This document shows, piece after piece, positions 1 through 13,443 of a stretch of DNA of 64,000 bases. The DNA is taken from positions 38,564,001 to 38,628,000 of the forward strand of contig OX597820.1 of the NCBI GenBank assembly GCA_951406725.2, given 5' to 3'. The notes under the pieces are model-generated. The model made no database searches and was not told the origin of the DNA. It was given only the letters and a program-made list of their open reading frames with translations. A program made the position numbers and the translations under genes. Numbering within the stretch: position 1 is the first letter of the stretch; each line of letters starts with the position of its first letter. The stretch comes from Octopus vulgaris. Lineage: Eukaryota.

Positions 1-916
1 TTCATATTACAAAAGCTTGACGCGCGCATATCTCTGTGAAATACTGTCCTGAGGTAGAAGTAAATGAGACACGCAGATTCCAATCCAGAAAGCCATTAAC
101 CATCAAAGCCAAAGCCGAATATATAACTAGAAACAACTTACCGACAAACCATCCCAGTTCCCAAAATCAAAACCGAATAATAATGTTGACCGCTGTATAA
201 AAGCAATTTCCATAAATAAATATCAGATCTCAATAACTCCAGCAATGGATTGTATGTCTGGAATAGATGACAATAAAGAGAGAATACCTGTGACGATTTC
301 TAACTAGTTTGTTGTCAGATGCAACCGATTCTATACAAATTCTTAATCAATAGTTGATTTATTTTCTATTTCAGTATCTAATCAGCTTCCAACATCGTTA
401 TCGATTAATTGCAAAAATAAATTATGCATTATTGTTTCTTTTGTTCGTTTGTATATTTCTTTACGCATTGAAATACGCCGATATATCAAATGATATTAGT
501 TTACTTTCGAAGTACCTTAGACTAATTCCAAGTCTATCACCAGGGAATGTAACAAATAACATAGATATAGGGGTAAGGAATAAATAGTACGCTGTTATTA
601 GGGTAGGCATGATTGTTTTTTATATATCCTAAGTATACATAAACAAACATTTGCAAATAACCATACATTTATTTGCTAGAGTGATCCTCCAATGTAAACA
701 ATATTCACACGATAACGCAGTTATAGATTAACAAATTGTAAGCCGCCATGGCACAAGTAAAAGTAATGACTTCAATTGCATACATATGTTCCACGTTTTG
801 GGATCAGTCTTATGAGCTATACATATATGAATCGATTCAATTCTGTCAGCAATATCTGCACTCACGCACACGCACACACACGTACAGACACATACACGCA
901 TGCATACATTTATATA

Positions 917-1255
917 GTGGAGGCGCAATGTCCCACTGGTTAGGGCAGCGGACTCGCCGTCATAGGATCGCGGTTTTGATTCCCAGAACGGGCGTTGTGA
1001 GTGTTTATTGAGTGAAAGCACCTAAAGCTCCACGAGGGACCAGCATGGGATGGTGCCGTACCCTGCTGTAGTTTTTCACGACAACTTTCCCTCACTCCTT
1101 CTTCTTTCGAAGGACCAGCCTTATCCGACTCACCCCGAAAACATTAAGGGTACACGTGTCTGTGGAGTGTTCAGCCACTTGCACGTTAATTTCACAAGCA
1201 GGCTGTTCCTTTGATCAGATCAACTGAAACCTTCCTCGTCGTACTGCTACGACAC
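917..1255 (+). mobile_element. tRNA-derived SINE (family A)
   Basis: tRNA-like head with A-box-like and B-box-like (GGTTTTGATTCC) motifs; clearly homologous to copies at 17961 and 42535. Confidence 0.8.
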
Positions 1256-1561
1256 CCGCCCCCATATATATATATGGGGCAAAGACATAATTTCGGCTTC
1301 TAGACATTTTGTCTACGCCATGTTTTCTTCACTTTTTTAAAAATTGTATGCCCTTGCTTTTTACTATGAAGATGAAGAACTTTATTCTCGCATTTGCTTA
1401 TTGACAGCGTTTTGGTAACCGATCGGAAACGGCCGTAACTTATGTTATTTCACCTATTTTATGACATGCTTTGTATTAAAATATAAGCTATAAATGTGGT
1501 CTAATCGATGTGTTTGTTAATCTGTGGTTTTCTCCATTTTCTTATTATATATACACATGCA

Positions 1562-1633
<72 letters not shown>

Positions 1634-1739
1634 TAAATTTTAAATGAGGGTGAAAATTGGATATTAATTTGATTAACATCCATTTAAAACCTGTGGTCTT
1701 GCATATTAAAATCTGAAGATTTAAAATACTGTCAAAGAA

Positions 1740-2236
1740 AGGCCCCTTTCATTCATGAATGACCATGGGACTGCACCTAGAAAGTGCCCCTTCGAGGCAC
1801 ATGTCTGGGTAGTTTGTTTTCATAGAAAAACAGCTGTCGCCCATGCATACCATTCTCTCCTCTCTACACCAACGATGTTTACTAGGGAACGGCAAAGGCT
1901 TATATAGCTTGTCATCAATGACGTTGCAACTTATTTCTTCAACGGAATGAAATGGAGGAACGTGAAATAAAGTATTTTGCTCAAGAACACGATACGCAAC
2001 CAGGTCCATGATTCGAACACACTAACTCATGCAATGTTCTCATTAATCGATTAAATGGAGACGCTCGAAACGGCCGTAATGTTTTGATAACTGAACCTTG
2101 TTATTTATTTACATTCTGTTCACCTAACTCAGAGCTGTGCGGAAAATACCGAACTGGCTTGGTGCCTCAATTTCAGTACGTAATTCAACTGAATGCTTGT
2201 GAGCCCGACGTTCTAAGCACTGAACTATGCGCCTTC
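1740..2236 (-). mobile_element. tRNA-derived SINE with its head interrupted by a PLE pLTR-like fragment
   Basis: Minus strand reads GAAGGCGCATAGTTCAGTG...[insert ~2040-2195]...GTTCGAATC...GTGTTCTTGAGCAAAATAC, similar to the SINE at 19028. Confidence 0.6.
2040..2195 (+). repeat. pLTR-like fragment with the 3' half of an HHR (GAAACGGCCGTA)
   Basis: Homologous to 5836-5963. Confidence 0.65.
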
Positions 2237-2927
2237 TCGCGCACACACAGCACACATACATTCACACACACACACATTCACACACGCACACGCACATATA
2301 TACATATATATTAGTATATATGTGTACTAACGTGGCTATGTCGGCATTATATGTTCGTGAAAAAGTAAATTCTCCGTCAGCCAGTAAGTGGAAAACGTGT
2401 TAGATTAATAGTCAGATGAGTCAGATATTGAAATCATATATTTTCTTTTTTGTTGCATCTTGAATAGAAACTATAATTGTAGCACCATTGTTTGAACTAT
2501 CTTTTAGTGATGCCTATAAAGCATTTATGCAATTGTGATGTTTGCTTCCATGGATGTAAGCTGAAATTTGTGATCCAATGTAACGTATTGCACAAGCTTA
2601 TAAATTTTCCATGTCTTATATACCTGCAAGAACGATGTTACATTACAATAAAATCTCTTAATAAAATAATGCAGCTACAAAATATGATCAATCTGTCTGG
2701 TTGTATTATAATATTTCGCCATGCATAATGTTCCATTCAATTCTGGATACGATTGTTTTTTGCGGATTATTAAACACCAATTAACTTCCCGTCATTGATT
2801 CCACCTTCGTAAAAGATATAGATTGTTTATCTAGTCATTTACGTCATACTGTCTACCCAGCAAGTGTTGCGCACTTCCTTTTGATATATCTCGATGCTTT
2901 AAATTAAACGGATCCCATTGAATCACT

Positions 2928-2958
<31 letters not shown>

Positions 2959-3291
2959 CATATGTATACAAATATGTGTGTGTGCGTGCGTGTACATATA
3001 TGTACATATATATCTATATCTATCTATCTATCTATCTATCTATATATCTATATATATATATAATAGAAATATTAAAATAACTAAGTCTCTCTAAAAGAGA
3101 ATAGCGGCAGCGTTCCCGGAAAATAATAGTTATCGCCATACTAATATGGCATTCTTATAAAAATAAGAAAAAAGCTGTCCGCTTATTAGCTCCATGAGGC
3201 CATCGCCTTAAGTTAGCTATTTGATACACAAACTGTATCCATATAACCTTCGAACAAGGGAGGTCAGTCGCTCCACACTACTTGACCGGCA

Positions 3292-3333
3292 GCTACAGAC
3301 GCGTTTCGGGGTATTGCCCCTTTTCAATGCAGC
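3292..3333 (-). ncRNA. Minimal type I hammerhead ribozyme, U3-A8 core variant
   Basis: GCUGCA-UUGAAAA-GGGG caaua CCCC-GAAA-CGCG-UC-UGUAGC. Confidence 0.8.
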
Positions 3334-3686
3334 GTAGCCAGCCAGTAGGTTTCGCTTCCGACAATCTCTGTTCGATGGTTTTATTTACCTAGTTTCGGTG
3401 GAATACATCCACTTGTTTTCAATAATAGAAATATTAAAATAACTAAGTCTCTCTAAAAGAGAATAGCGGCAGCGTTCCCGGAAAATAATAGTTATCGCCA
3501 TACTAATATGGCATTCTTATAAAAATAAGAAAAAAGCTGTCCGCTTATTAGCTCCATGAGGCCATCGCCTTAAGTTAGCTATTTAATATTTCTATTATTG
3601 AAAACAAGTGGATGTATTCCACCGAAACTAGGTAAATAAAACCATCGAACAGAGATTGTCGGAAGCGACACCTACTGGCTGGCTAC

Positions 3687-3728
3687 GCTGCATTGAAAAG
3701 GGGCAATACCCCGAAACGCGTCTGTAGC
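3687..3728 (+). ncRNA. Minimal type I hammerhead ribozyme, U3-A8 core variant
   Basis: Same motif; stem I GCUGCA/UGUAGC, stem II GGGG/CCCC, palindromic ACGCGU stem III, GUC site. Confidence 0.8.
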
Positions 3729-4047
3729 TACCGGTCAAATAGTGTGGAGCGACTGACCTCCCTTGTTCGAAGATTATATGGATACAGTTTGTGTATCAAA
3801 TAGCTAACTTAAGGCGATGGCCTCATGGAGCTAATAAGCGGACAGCTTTTTTCTTATTTTTATAAGAATGCCATATTAGTATGGCGATAACTATTATTTT
3901 CCGGGAACGCTGCCGCTATTCTCTTTAGAGAGACTTAGTTATTTTAATATTTCTATCATTGAAAACAAGTGGATGTATTCCACCGAAACTAGGTAAATAA
4001 AACCATCGAACAGAGATTGTCGGAAGCGACACCTACTGGCTGGCTAC

Positions 4048-4089
4048 GCTGCATTGAAAAGGGGCAATACCCCGAAACGCGTCTGTAGC
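4048..4089 (+). ncRNA. Minimal type I hammerhead ribozyme, U3-A8 core variant
   Basis: Identical motif 361 bp downstream of the previous copy. Confidence 0.8.
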
Positions 4090-4248
4090 TGCCGGTCAAG
4101 TAGTGTGGAGCGACTGACCTCCCTTGTTCGAAGGTTATATGGATACAGTTTGTGTATCAAATAGCTAACTTAAGGCGATGGCCTCATGGAGCTAATAAGC
4201 GGACAGCTTTTTTCTTATTTTTATAAGAATGCCATATTAGTATGGCGA

Positions 4249-4301
<53 letters not shown>

Positions 4302-4312
4302 ATATATATATA

Positions 4313-5191
4313 GATATATAAAACTCAACTTGTGTGTCTGTGTGTGTATCTGTGTGTGTGTCTGTGTGTGTATCTGTGTGTGTGTCTGTGTGTGTATCTG
4401 TGTGTGTGTCTGTGTGTTTAACTTCCCGGCACATCTCCTCCTAGCCAACAAATCGTAGAAGCACCAAAAATGGGTGACTTAAATTTTAGGCGGATGAAAA
4501 TTGAACTGCGCTATTTCTGTTCCGAAATTCATCTCGCAAGTGCAAAAATCGATAATGTGTTTGTTTAGGCCTTATCCCATGCATTGAATAGTGAACTTTA
4601 CTCAGTCAGCTGTTTGACGTGAACTGTGTTCACCACGCGTGCAAGCATGCATATATTGCATGAAAAAAAAAATCAAGGTATAAAAACCAATCGCCGTAAA
4701 CATTGTAGAAATTCGGCAAAGAAATGAATTTTCGGGATGTAGCCTGGAGTTTTTTTTTCGTATTAATCGTTTGGACTTTGTGAATACATACCAATTGTTT
4801 TCATAACATTTTAAACGCTTTGAATTAAATGCGACCATTTTGCGTTGAGTCTGCAGTTTGAATCACTTTAACCAAATTTTAGCAGGCCGGATTTTTGATC
4901 ATCATGATACATCACCAGCGACTCCCTGAAACTCTCCCCTGAAATCCTCGTTGAGAAATACTGATCAAAAAGAATAATTCAACAATGCAATTATTTGATC
5001 AACAAAAATTTATGAAACGCTTCTACGTACTTCCTATTGAGGAAATGGAACACATAAGCGCAAAAATAGAGGGCATTAAATGCTTGATTTTAAAACCAAA
5101 ATAATTAAATTTTGATTGAACTTCATCCAAGTTTAGCTTAATTCGCGCGTGCATAGAACGCACGAGCGCACGAGCCGGGCAATACTGCTAG
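4313..5191 (+). mobile_element. Non-autonomous Helitron-like element
   Basis: TATATAAAA start, (TG/TCTG) microsatellite near the 5' end, 3' GCCGGG..CTGCTAG|T end resembling 59585-60107. Confidence 0.6.
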
Positions 5192-5814
5192 TATATATAT
5201 AATTAACAATATGCTTAAGAAAGGCCTTATGAGCTTTCTCATATATATTAACGTATCCCATTATTTGGTTTTAAGTTTAATTTCTATCCTTATCCTATAT
5301 ATTGATTCAAATTTTTTTCTAAATTTAATGTAATGAAATTGCCGAGTTATGAATTACTACCTTCCTTTCTTCTTCTAGTTATCACCTTTTCCTCATCAGT
5401 CAGTCTCTTACTAGAAGCCCTGAGATATATCGTTTTATGTAAATAAAGCTAAATATATGGTTCCAGTAAAATAAGTGTCTGGAAGATTGTCTGACATTAT
5501 TTGATTTATCACCATCAACTAGAACACAGTTGACAATTCCCCATGGATTCAATTCCAAATGATTGTAGACTACTGCTGCAAAAAAACATTCTAAATGTAA
5601 ATAACTACCTCACCAATCTTACATCGTTAACCCCATTATTTTTTTCTTCTACTCTCAAAATTATAGTAGGCTTAATAAGATATACATTATTTTCTAAATT
5701 CATTCTCCCACAAATATAACATGAGGAAACAAGGTAATTATTTTGGTTTCAAGCATTAATAGGAATTTGTTTAAAATGGTTTATCCTCTATGTTGGAAAT
5801 CCATACGGGCATCT

Positions 5815-5876
5815 ACGTCTGAGGGGAGCGGTTTCATTGATCGATTAAATGAAGCGGCTCGAAACGGCCGTAATGT
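5815..5876 (+). ncRNA. Decayed type I hammerhead in a PLE pLTR-like segment
   Basis: ACGU-CUGAGGG (A9G)-long stem II GAGC..GUUUCAUU/AAUGAAGC..GCUC-GAAAC GGCC GUA-AUGU. Confidence 0.6.
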
Positions 5877-6114
5877 TTTGATACCTGGACATCCTAACTC
5901 AGAGGTGTGCTGAAAATAACGAACTGGCATGGTGCCTGAATTTAAGTACCTAATTCAACTGAATCTTTTATGTATATATATATATATTTATTATCTACCT
6001 ACCTACACACCCACCCACGCACCCACATACGTACCTACTCACATACCTACCTACCGACTTACCTACTTACATACCTACACATATATATACATATATATAT
6101 ATGCCTATATATAC

Positions 6115-6191
<77 letters not shown>

Positions 6192-6929
6192 TAAATGGAG
6201 GCACATTATATGTACAATATGCATAAAAAATATTTCTAAACAGTCCATGTATTAATTTGGAGATCAGGAACTTTGATTATGTCAGATTCAGCCACACACT
6301 CTGTGTGCGAATAAAATGAACATAGAGGATAAATCTCAAATACTGCATATGAATAATACTGGGTCTTCTTCCGTCGCTTCGCTGCTATTAAAAGTATTTG
6401 TTAATCATACACTTACATTCATAAGTTGTTGAAATAATCTTTAGTTTGACTTTCTCGATGGAGATTAATATCAGTTTGAAGCACATTTATTTAAATAACA
6501 CAGTTTGAAATACATTTATTTAAATAAGAAACACATTTATTTAAATACTGTTTTCATATTCTACAGTATAAATATATTCTTTGAAAGATATCTTATAAGA
6601 TAACTTCATGATAAAAACATTCCATGTCAAAATTCTTTTCCTATCTTCTATCCATCCCTCTATCATATATATAATTTCTCCTTTGGTTAATAGTAGTGTT
6701 TATTGGTGCGAGAATCTATTGTATTTACACAAAAAGTTTGTCATTCCTGCAGTGTCTAAAACCTGATAGCTTACATCGAACAAGAAGATATCTAATCTCT
6801 CCTTTTATATGTAATGATGCAGTTTACTACTATCACAAAAACCTAGCTAACAGTGGCTTCAAAGCTATGATTTATTACAACTCTTAAGGTCTAAATATGA
6901 AATCTAAAATTAGACATTGAAATAGACCC

Positions 6930-7230
6930 AGAAAAATAATTTGCCCCGCCTTTCTCCTTAAATGTCAAAATGAGCACAGGCAAGACCTTCCCGACACTTT
7001 TAAATAAGCATTTCTCTGTAAACTATTAATATGGGAATATTTTTAACAGACGCTCGATGAAAATGTCATACAGTTGCTGCCCCCAAAAGAAGATCATTTT
7101 CCCTTGTAAGTATCACCAAAAGCCCACCCTTAATTTACATGTCGAGACCCTGAAAGTTGCTCACTCGACCAGGTGTGTATAATAAGCTCTCTCGTCCGTA
7201 AGGCAGAAGTTACAGCGATGTTTCAAGATA
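6930..7230 (+). pseudogene. Degraded Penelope-like RT-endonuclease linker
   Basis: Broken frames give PPFSLNVKMSTGKTF..KHFSVNY*YGNIFNRRSMKMSYSCC, matching the PLE pattern PPYSxNVKTNIG...KHFP...IFNRNTVKxSYSC. Confidence 0.6.
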
Positions 7231-7288
7231 ACCTAAGCGAATAGAAATATTGCAGTGGGTTATATGAAGGCAAGTTCATAAGACGTTA

Positions 7289-7702
7289 TGCAAACCATGT
7301 CTTCTTTCCTGCACATCAACAAAAGTAAAGCCCTTAAGTTTTGCCAGACACATACTGGGTTTCAAGACCAACTGCACCCCATTTACAATCAAGCGAGAAT
7401 CGTCGAGAAATCCATTTCAAATCAACAGTTCTGACAAATGCAATTTATGCACAGATGACATCGCATATTTAAGACCCACTTCTAAATTTCAAATCTGAAA
7501 TTTTCAGGAAATTTAAGCATATGGGCAAATTTGTTTTGGCGAACTGGCGGATCAACTCTCTCTAGATTGAGCAGCTCTCGCGCAGACTTTAGGTCCTTGC
7601 CATTGAATTATTCTATAGCATGTTGTTTAATTAAGACTTCAACGGTCAAAGGAAAAGTAATTCCAATTGCCGTTCTGTTTCTTTTTCTGTTTTATTCATC
7701 CT
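7289..7702. repeat. ~410-bp unclassified dispersed repeat, copy 1
   Basis: Near-identical to 9778-10192. Confidence 0.85.
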
Positions 7703-8042
7703 TCCACTCTTTGCATCACCCTTCTCGTGCCTCTGGTGTTTTCCCCAGTACCAGCGTGGTGCTACGTGTTCAAAAATTGTCTAGGTGCACTCCCATGGCT
7801 ATTCCTGACTGAAGTGGGCATTTTCGCTTTTACTCAGAATTGAATGCTTGAGAGTAAACTTATAGCTTCCACGGAGCTGGTAAAATGAAGCGAAAGTATA
7901 TTTCAGAAAGCATTTACATACATGGAAAGGCCATTGTAGGAAACCCAAAAAATCATAAGAAAGAGAGTATATTTCTTATGAGTAGATTTCGATAGTTCTG
8001 TTATATATACATGCATTTAAACAGAGGTATTATGAGCCCTTT

Positions 8043-8081
<39 letters not shown>

Positions 8082-9664
8082 GTTTGTATGTTTGTATATA
8101 TAATTGTTTGTATGTGTGCGCGTTTATGAGTGTATACATAATATTTTGGTTTCCGAAATCTGGGATGGTTCTGTCTTGAGTTGAATAACATTGTTTACAC
8201 TAAATAAACTCAGACCACATAGTTAAGAAATCATAAACATGTTTTCCCCTTCGCGAAAACATTGGATTATAATTGTTTAGCAAATCATTTAAAGATTTCA
8301 ATACGCAGAGTTTTAAAAAAAACAATATGTGGTATTATGGTTTCTATTTCAAACATTATATTTGTTCAACAAAACAAAGGACAGATATACTCACATATAG
8401 AAACAAACATTCTTATTCTCATACGCGTACACATAGATTCAGGAAAGTTCAAATAGTATATGCTATTAAATGACAAACATGGTTGTATTATTATGTACAG
8501 TTTTCCAAGGAAATATACGATTCAGCCGGCATATTTATTTATCTATTTACTTTCAAATAGGTATAAAGCCTTTAGTGGACAATGTTTATTCACCATTGAA
8601 ATAACATCTATTATTTGTAGGTGTTTGTCTAATGCAGAAATATCTCATTCTTTCGAATTCAGAATTAATAAACACGTAAATATATTAATACAATGACCAC
8701 ATAAAACATACAACTTATCGTCTGGTAATATTTATAACGTGATGAAATTGTAGAGTCGTTAATGTGTCGAGCAAAATACTTTGTAAGTTAAGCATGTTAT
8801 TAATTTTTTTAATGTAGAATGAAATAAAGTATCAGTCAAGTACTGAGATACATTGAATCCGCTGACAAATGAGAGCCAGTGGATTAAATGGGCTGCGGAT
8901 CTTGAACAAATCATCTATGTGCTGACTTCTCTTTAAGAGGGATAGAGTGTAAATCCCAACCACTATGCTATTTGCGTATGGATAAGCAAACATTGATGTA
9001 CCGCGCAATTTGTGAGCAAAACACTCAATTCTTCCTATTATTTGGGTTTGTCGCATTCCAGAGGAAAGGTGCTCGTCGTGTAACATACACGGTCAGCAAT
9101 GTGCTGGAAAGAGTATTCCTGTGATGGCAAAGGTGGTAAATCTTTGATCACGTATCAGCTGTTTCATGGTATACGTGGATCTAACGAGAGCATAACATGT
9201 TAACCATCGTATATTTTTATGTTAATATTCTTGATTTTAGTTCCAGTATTCTACAAAACACCCTTCCAGTCTGTTGTACTCATTCAGTAGTGAAATTACA
9301 AAATAGCTGTTGTTGCTGTTGATTTCATAGATTGTTAGAGCGTGAAATAATTAAAATGCAGTATAATGTCGACCAATTAAAATATTTGCATTAAACATAT
9401 ATATACAATTTCAAGATTAAGAAATATTTATAATGCTAATAAACGAATATATTCACAAAATGAAAATATGCAAGAGGTGTTCATAGGTAATGTGTAAATA
9501 TACAAATACGTGTGTTATTGAGTTATTATATACTCTCACATACACATGTATACAAACACGCGGACAAACACATGTACACACACGGACGAAAAAAAAAACG
9601 CGCGCAACACATGGACGCATGCTCACATACACGCGCATATACAAAATACTCACAAACACAAGCG

Positions 9665-9739
<75 letters not shown>

Positions 9740-9777
9740 AGTGTTAAGTATATTCAATTAGAATGTTATATACTGAA

Positions 9778-10192
9778 TGCAAACCATGTCTTCTTTCCTG
9801 CACATCAACAAAAGTAAAGCCCTTAAGTTTTGCCAGACACGTACTGGGTTTCAAGACCAACTGCACCCCATTTACAATCAAGCGAGAATCGTTGAGAAAT
9901 CCATTCCAAATAAACAGTTCTGACAAATGCAATTTATGCACAGATGACATCGCACTTTTAAGACCCACTTCTAAATTTCAAATCTGAAATTTTCAGGAAA
10001 TTTAAGCATATGGGCAAATTTGTTTTGGCGAACTGGCGGATCAACCCTCTCTAGATTGCGCAGCTCTCGCGCAGACTTTAGGCCCTTGCCATTGAATTAT
10101 TCTATAGCATGTTGTTTAATTAAGATTTCAACGGTCAAAAGAAAAGTAATTCCAATTGTCGTTCTGGATCTTTTTCTGTTTTATTCATCCTT
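9778..10192. repeat. ~410-bp unclassified dispersed repeat, copy 2
   Basis: Near-identical to 7289-7702, same orientation, flanked by TA-rich runs. Confidence 0.85.
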
Positions 10193-10544
10193 TTATATTG
10201 AGCGCTCTATTGTATCAAAGTGTTAATACTATTAAACCATTTATATATTTAAGACGAGCGATTATATATATATAAATGTGTATTTTTGATAATATATTAT
10301 TAATATTAGGAAAACAATATCAAAACTCCTCAGAAAGATATACACGAGTGAAAAATAATTGTTGTATTAAAAATATATAAATAAATGGATAAAAATATGT
10401 ATAAAAATATATGTAGGTATGTATAAGCATAAATATATAATGTGTATGACAGTTTAAAAGTTTGAATTAATTATTTAAAGCATCTTACGATCGTAGGAAA
10501 CACACATATGTAGATATATATGTATGCATATTTGTATATATATT

Positions 10545-10592
<48 letters not shown>

Positions 10593-10955
10593 TGTTTGTA
10601 AAATCCATAGAGGTCACAAAAGTGACAGAGGGTATTGCCTAGCACTGCTTTTGCTTAAGGCAATAGTTAAGCTAACTCAAAGCCACAAACACATTGTCTT
10701 AAGTGACTGACAAAGGTTCTGCCTTTAGGTTCTAAATGCCAATAAGCCGTCCTTGTTAATTTGTTATATATACATCATATATATATATATATATGCATGT
10801 ATATATATATATATAATTGAAGAATAGAAAGGTAAACATACCCTTGTTAAAAATCAAAGCGACCGCTTCAAATAACCACCATACATTTTACGGTAAATAT
10901 ACACATGAGTAATGAATGTATATATATGTGTATGAGTGTGTATCTATGTATATAT

Positions 10956-12510
10956 GATTGATTGATTGATTGATTCTAGTTTCAGCTTATGAGCTGTGGC
11001 CATGCTGGGGCACCGCCATTTGGTGTTGCTACTTGGTTTCACTTCATGGAGGCTTTCTAGCAACTGCTATTTGGTGCATGAGAGAGTTCGATGCAGCTGC
11101 CCTCATCTGCCCCTCCTGCCGTGAAGTTGGTTCATCTGGGACACCTGACAGGAAGAGATCCAGCTTCATTTTAAAGACATCTGTATCCACCCCATGCAGG
11201 TCTCTTAGGTTCTTCGGGAGGATATTGAAGAGCTGTGGGCCTCGGAAGCCCAGGCTATCACAGAATCTTGTCCTACATCTTGATGGCAGGTTTGGAGTCC
11301 TAGGCACCACGCAGTGGCGCCCAGTTCTGGCATTTGCGTAACTCTCGATGCCAAAGTTCAGGACACTTCCCTCCAGGATCTTCCAGATGTATATTATGGC
11401 ATATCTTTCCCGCCTACGCTCCAGGGAATATAATTTTAATCTCTTGAGTCTTTCCCAGTAGCTTACATTCTGCATAGAGGCTATCTTCTTTGTGTAGCTT
11501 CGTTGGATCGCCTCAAGTTCTGTGATCAACTTGACACTGGATGGTGACCATAGCTGAGAGCAATAGTCAAAGTGGCTTAGGACAAGTGTCTTCCAGAGGA
11601 CCATCATGGTTTCTTGTTCTCTTGTTCTAAAGGTTCTAAGAATCCATCCAGCCAGCCGTCTACATTTCATTGTCAGTTTAGCAACATGTACATGAAAGGT
11701 CGCGTCATCACTCATGTGAATACCCAGGTCACGCACTGATTGTGCCTCTGGGATTGCAATCCCTCCGGGTCCAGTGTATTCATTGGGTATTGCATTCAGT
11801 TTTGCATGCTGATAGTATAAAGCTTGAAACTTTCCAGCATTGAACTGCATGCTATTCTTTTCAGCCCACTTGTATATTTCGTCCAGCTCACATTGCAGGT
11901 GTTTAGTGTCCTCAGGGTTCTGTATTGCCTGTGAGACTTTTGTATCATCTGCATAACTTGTGATCGTGGCTCTCTGCGTGGCTGAGGGCATGTCTGAGAG
12001 GGCCATTATGAACAGTAGTGGTCCCAGAACAGTGCCCTGCGGAACACCGCTCACTATTTGTGTGTTAATGGAGGTGGCCCCATTGGCTACTACCACCTGA
12101 CTTCTATCCTTCAGAAAGTCATGAAGCCATTCTCCAAGTTTTCCAACTATGTTGAGATCACGCAGTTTGTGACATATCATTCCATGATCGACTTTATCAA
12201 AGGCCTTTGCAAAGTCGAGATATATCACTTCCACATTTGAGTGGTTGAGCAGCCGTTTCAGCACCCAGTCATAGTGTTGTAGGAGCTGAGTTAAACAGCT
12301 TCTCCCTGGTCGGAAACCATGTTGGGTGTCGGGCAGCAAGTCATTCTCTTCAAGGAAGGTGATCAGCTTCCTTCTGACTATTCGTTCCATGACCTTGCTG
12401 ATGTGTGAGGTCAGAGAGATAGGTCTATAGTTCTTGGCTTCCGCTCTGCTACCTCCTTTATGAATGGGGCATATTTTACCTTCCTTCAGTTTTCCTGGAA
12501 GTTTGCCGCT
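10956..12510 (-). mobile_element. 5'-truncated CR1-group LINE with (TCAA)n tail
   Basis: RT ORF, 3' UTR and (ATCA)n tail; the frame stays open upstream of the ATG (KNYRPISLTSH). Confidence 0.9.
11044..12390 (-). CDS. LINE reverse transcriptase (partial ORF2)
   Basis: QHGFRPGRSCLTQL, YLDFAKAFDKV, SGVPQGTVLGPLLF, YADD, RDLGI motifs; no stops. Confidence 0.9.
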   Translation of the reverse strand: MERIVRRKLITFLEENDLLPDTQHGFRPGRSCLTQLLQHYDWVLKRLLNHSNVEVIYLDFAKAFDKVDHGMICHKLRDLNIVGKLGEWLHDFLKDRSQVVVANGATSINTQIVSGVPQGTVLGPLLFIMALSDMPSATQRATITSYADDTKVSQAIQNPEDTKHLQCELDEIYKWAEKNSMQFNAGKFQALYYQHAKLNAIPNEYTGPGGIAIPEAQSVRDLGIHMSDDATFHVHVAKLTMKCRRLAGWILRTFRTREQETMMVLWKTLVLSHFDYCSQLWSPSSVKLITELEAIQRSYTKKIASMQNVSYWERLKRLKLYSLERRRERYAIIYIWKILEGSVLNFGIESYANARTGRHCVVPRTPNLPSRCRTRFCDSLGFRGPQLFNILPKNLRDLHGVDTDVFKMKLDLFLSGVPDEPTSRQEGQMRAAASNSLMHQIAVARKPP

Positions 12511-12755
12511 CGAATCGATCTAATTAATTGCATTTCTGACAAACTCTACCGAAGATTTATAGATGTAAGTGTAAGTAAAACTACATATTACATTAGTAAT
12601 GAAACAATTGTATAGAGTCAATCTATTTTATTCGTTGTATTTCACTTTCCTTCCGTTAAATGTATGTTGATTCTAGTTGGAAACTGATCTTCTGTGGTTG
12701 CTTCGGAGCTATTTTTAGCACTAGAGTTATCCACATAGTGGATAACTCTCTAATA

Positions 12756-12812
<57 letters not shown>

Positions 12813-13354
12813 CACTTGCACATATATTTAAGTTTCTGTGCATATATACGTTTACATTTATATGTGCCCATTATGTAGGTGTTTTGAATGATGGTTTGCG
12901 TGTAAACAACCTGTCAGAAGTGTTTAACCGATACGAAATTTTGTTGATGATATACGACAACGTAGGGAGAGACAAAATGGAAAGAGAGAAACAGCGGGAG
13001 AGAACCAACAAAAATAGATTGGACTTGGAAAGAAATAAGGTGAGATATAAATTTAGAAAAACAATACTTTAATTCTATTAGAAAAAAGAATTTATAGTTG
13101 AATACTATAGACACAGGAAAAATAATGGGAAAATAAAAACATGACATAAAATAAAGTAGAATTTGATTTATTAATATAACTTACGTTTATAATTGTGTGT
13201 ATGTTTGTGTGCCGAGATGTGTATGTATTCATGTGCGTATGTGTATAAATCTACATAATGTGTATGCACACACAATCACTTACACACACATACACACTCA
13301 CACACATACACATATATGTAGCTGTGTGCATACAAATGTGTGTGCATATAAATA

Positions 13355-13421
<67 letters not shown>

Positions 13422-13443
13422 GTAGGTATATATATATATATAT

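Larger units (their letters stand above)
3060..4253. mobile_element. Retrozyme-like array of a ~361-bp unit: ~1.45 copies (-) joined to ~1.85 copies (+), inserted in (TA)n
   Basis: Direct repeats 3060/3421 and 3585/3945; inversion junction at ~3584; only a few substitutions between copies; one HHR per full unit. Confidence 0.9.

Noticed and set aside
1400-1445. Hammerhead at GAAACGGCCGTA
   Set aside because: Only the stem III half is recognisable; there is no credible core or stem I.
3060-4253. CRISPR-like array or simple satellite
   Set aside because: There are no unique spacers; the whole 361-bp unit repeats and inverts, in a eukaryotic context.
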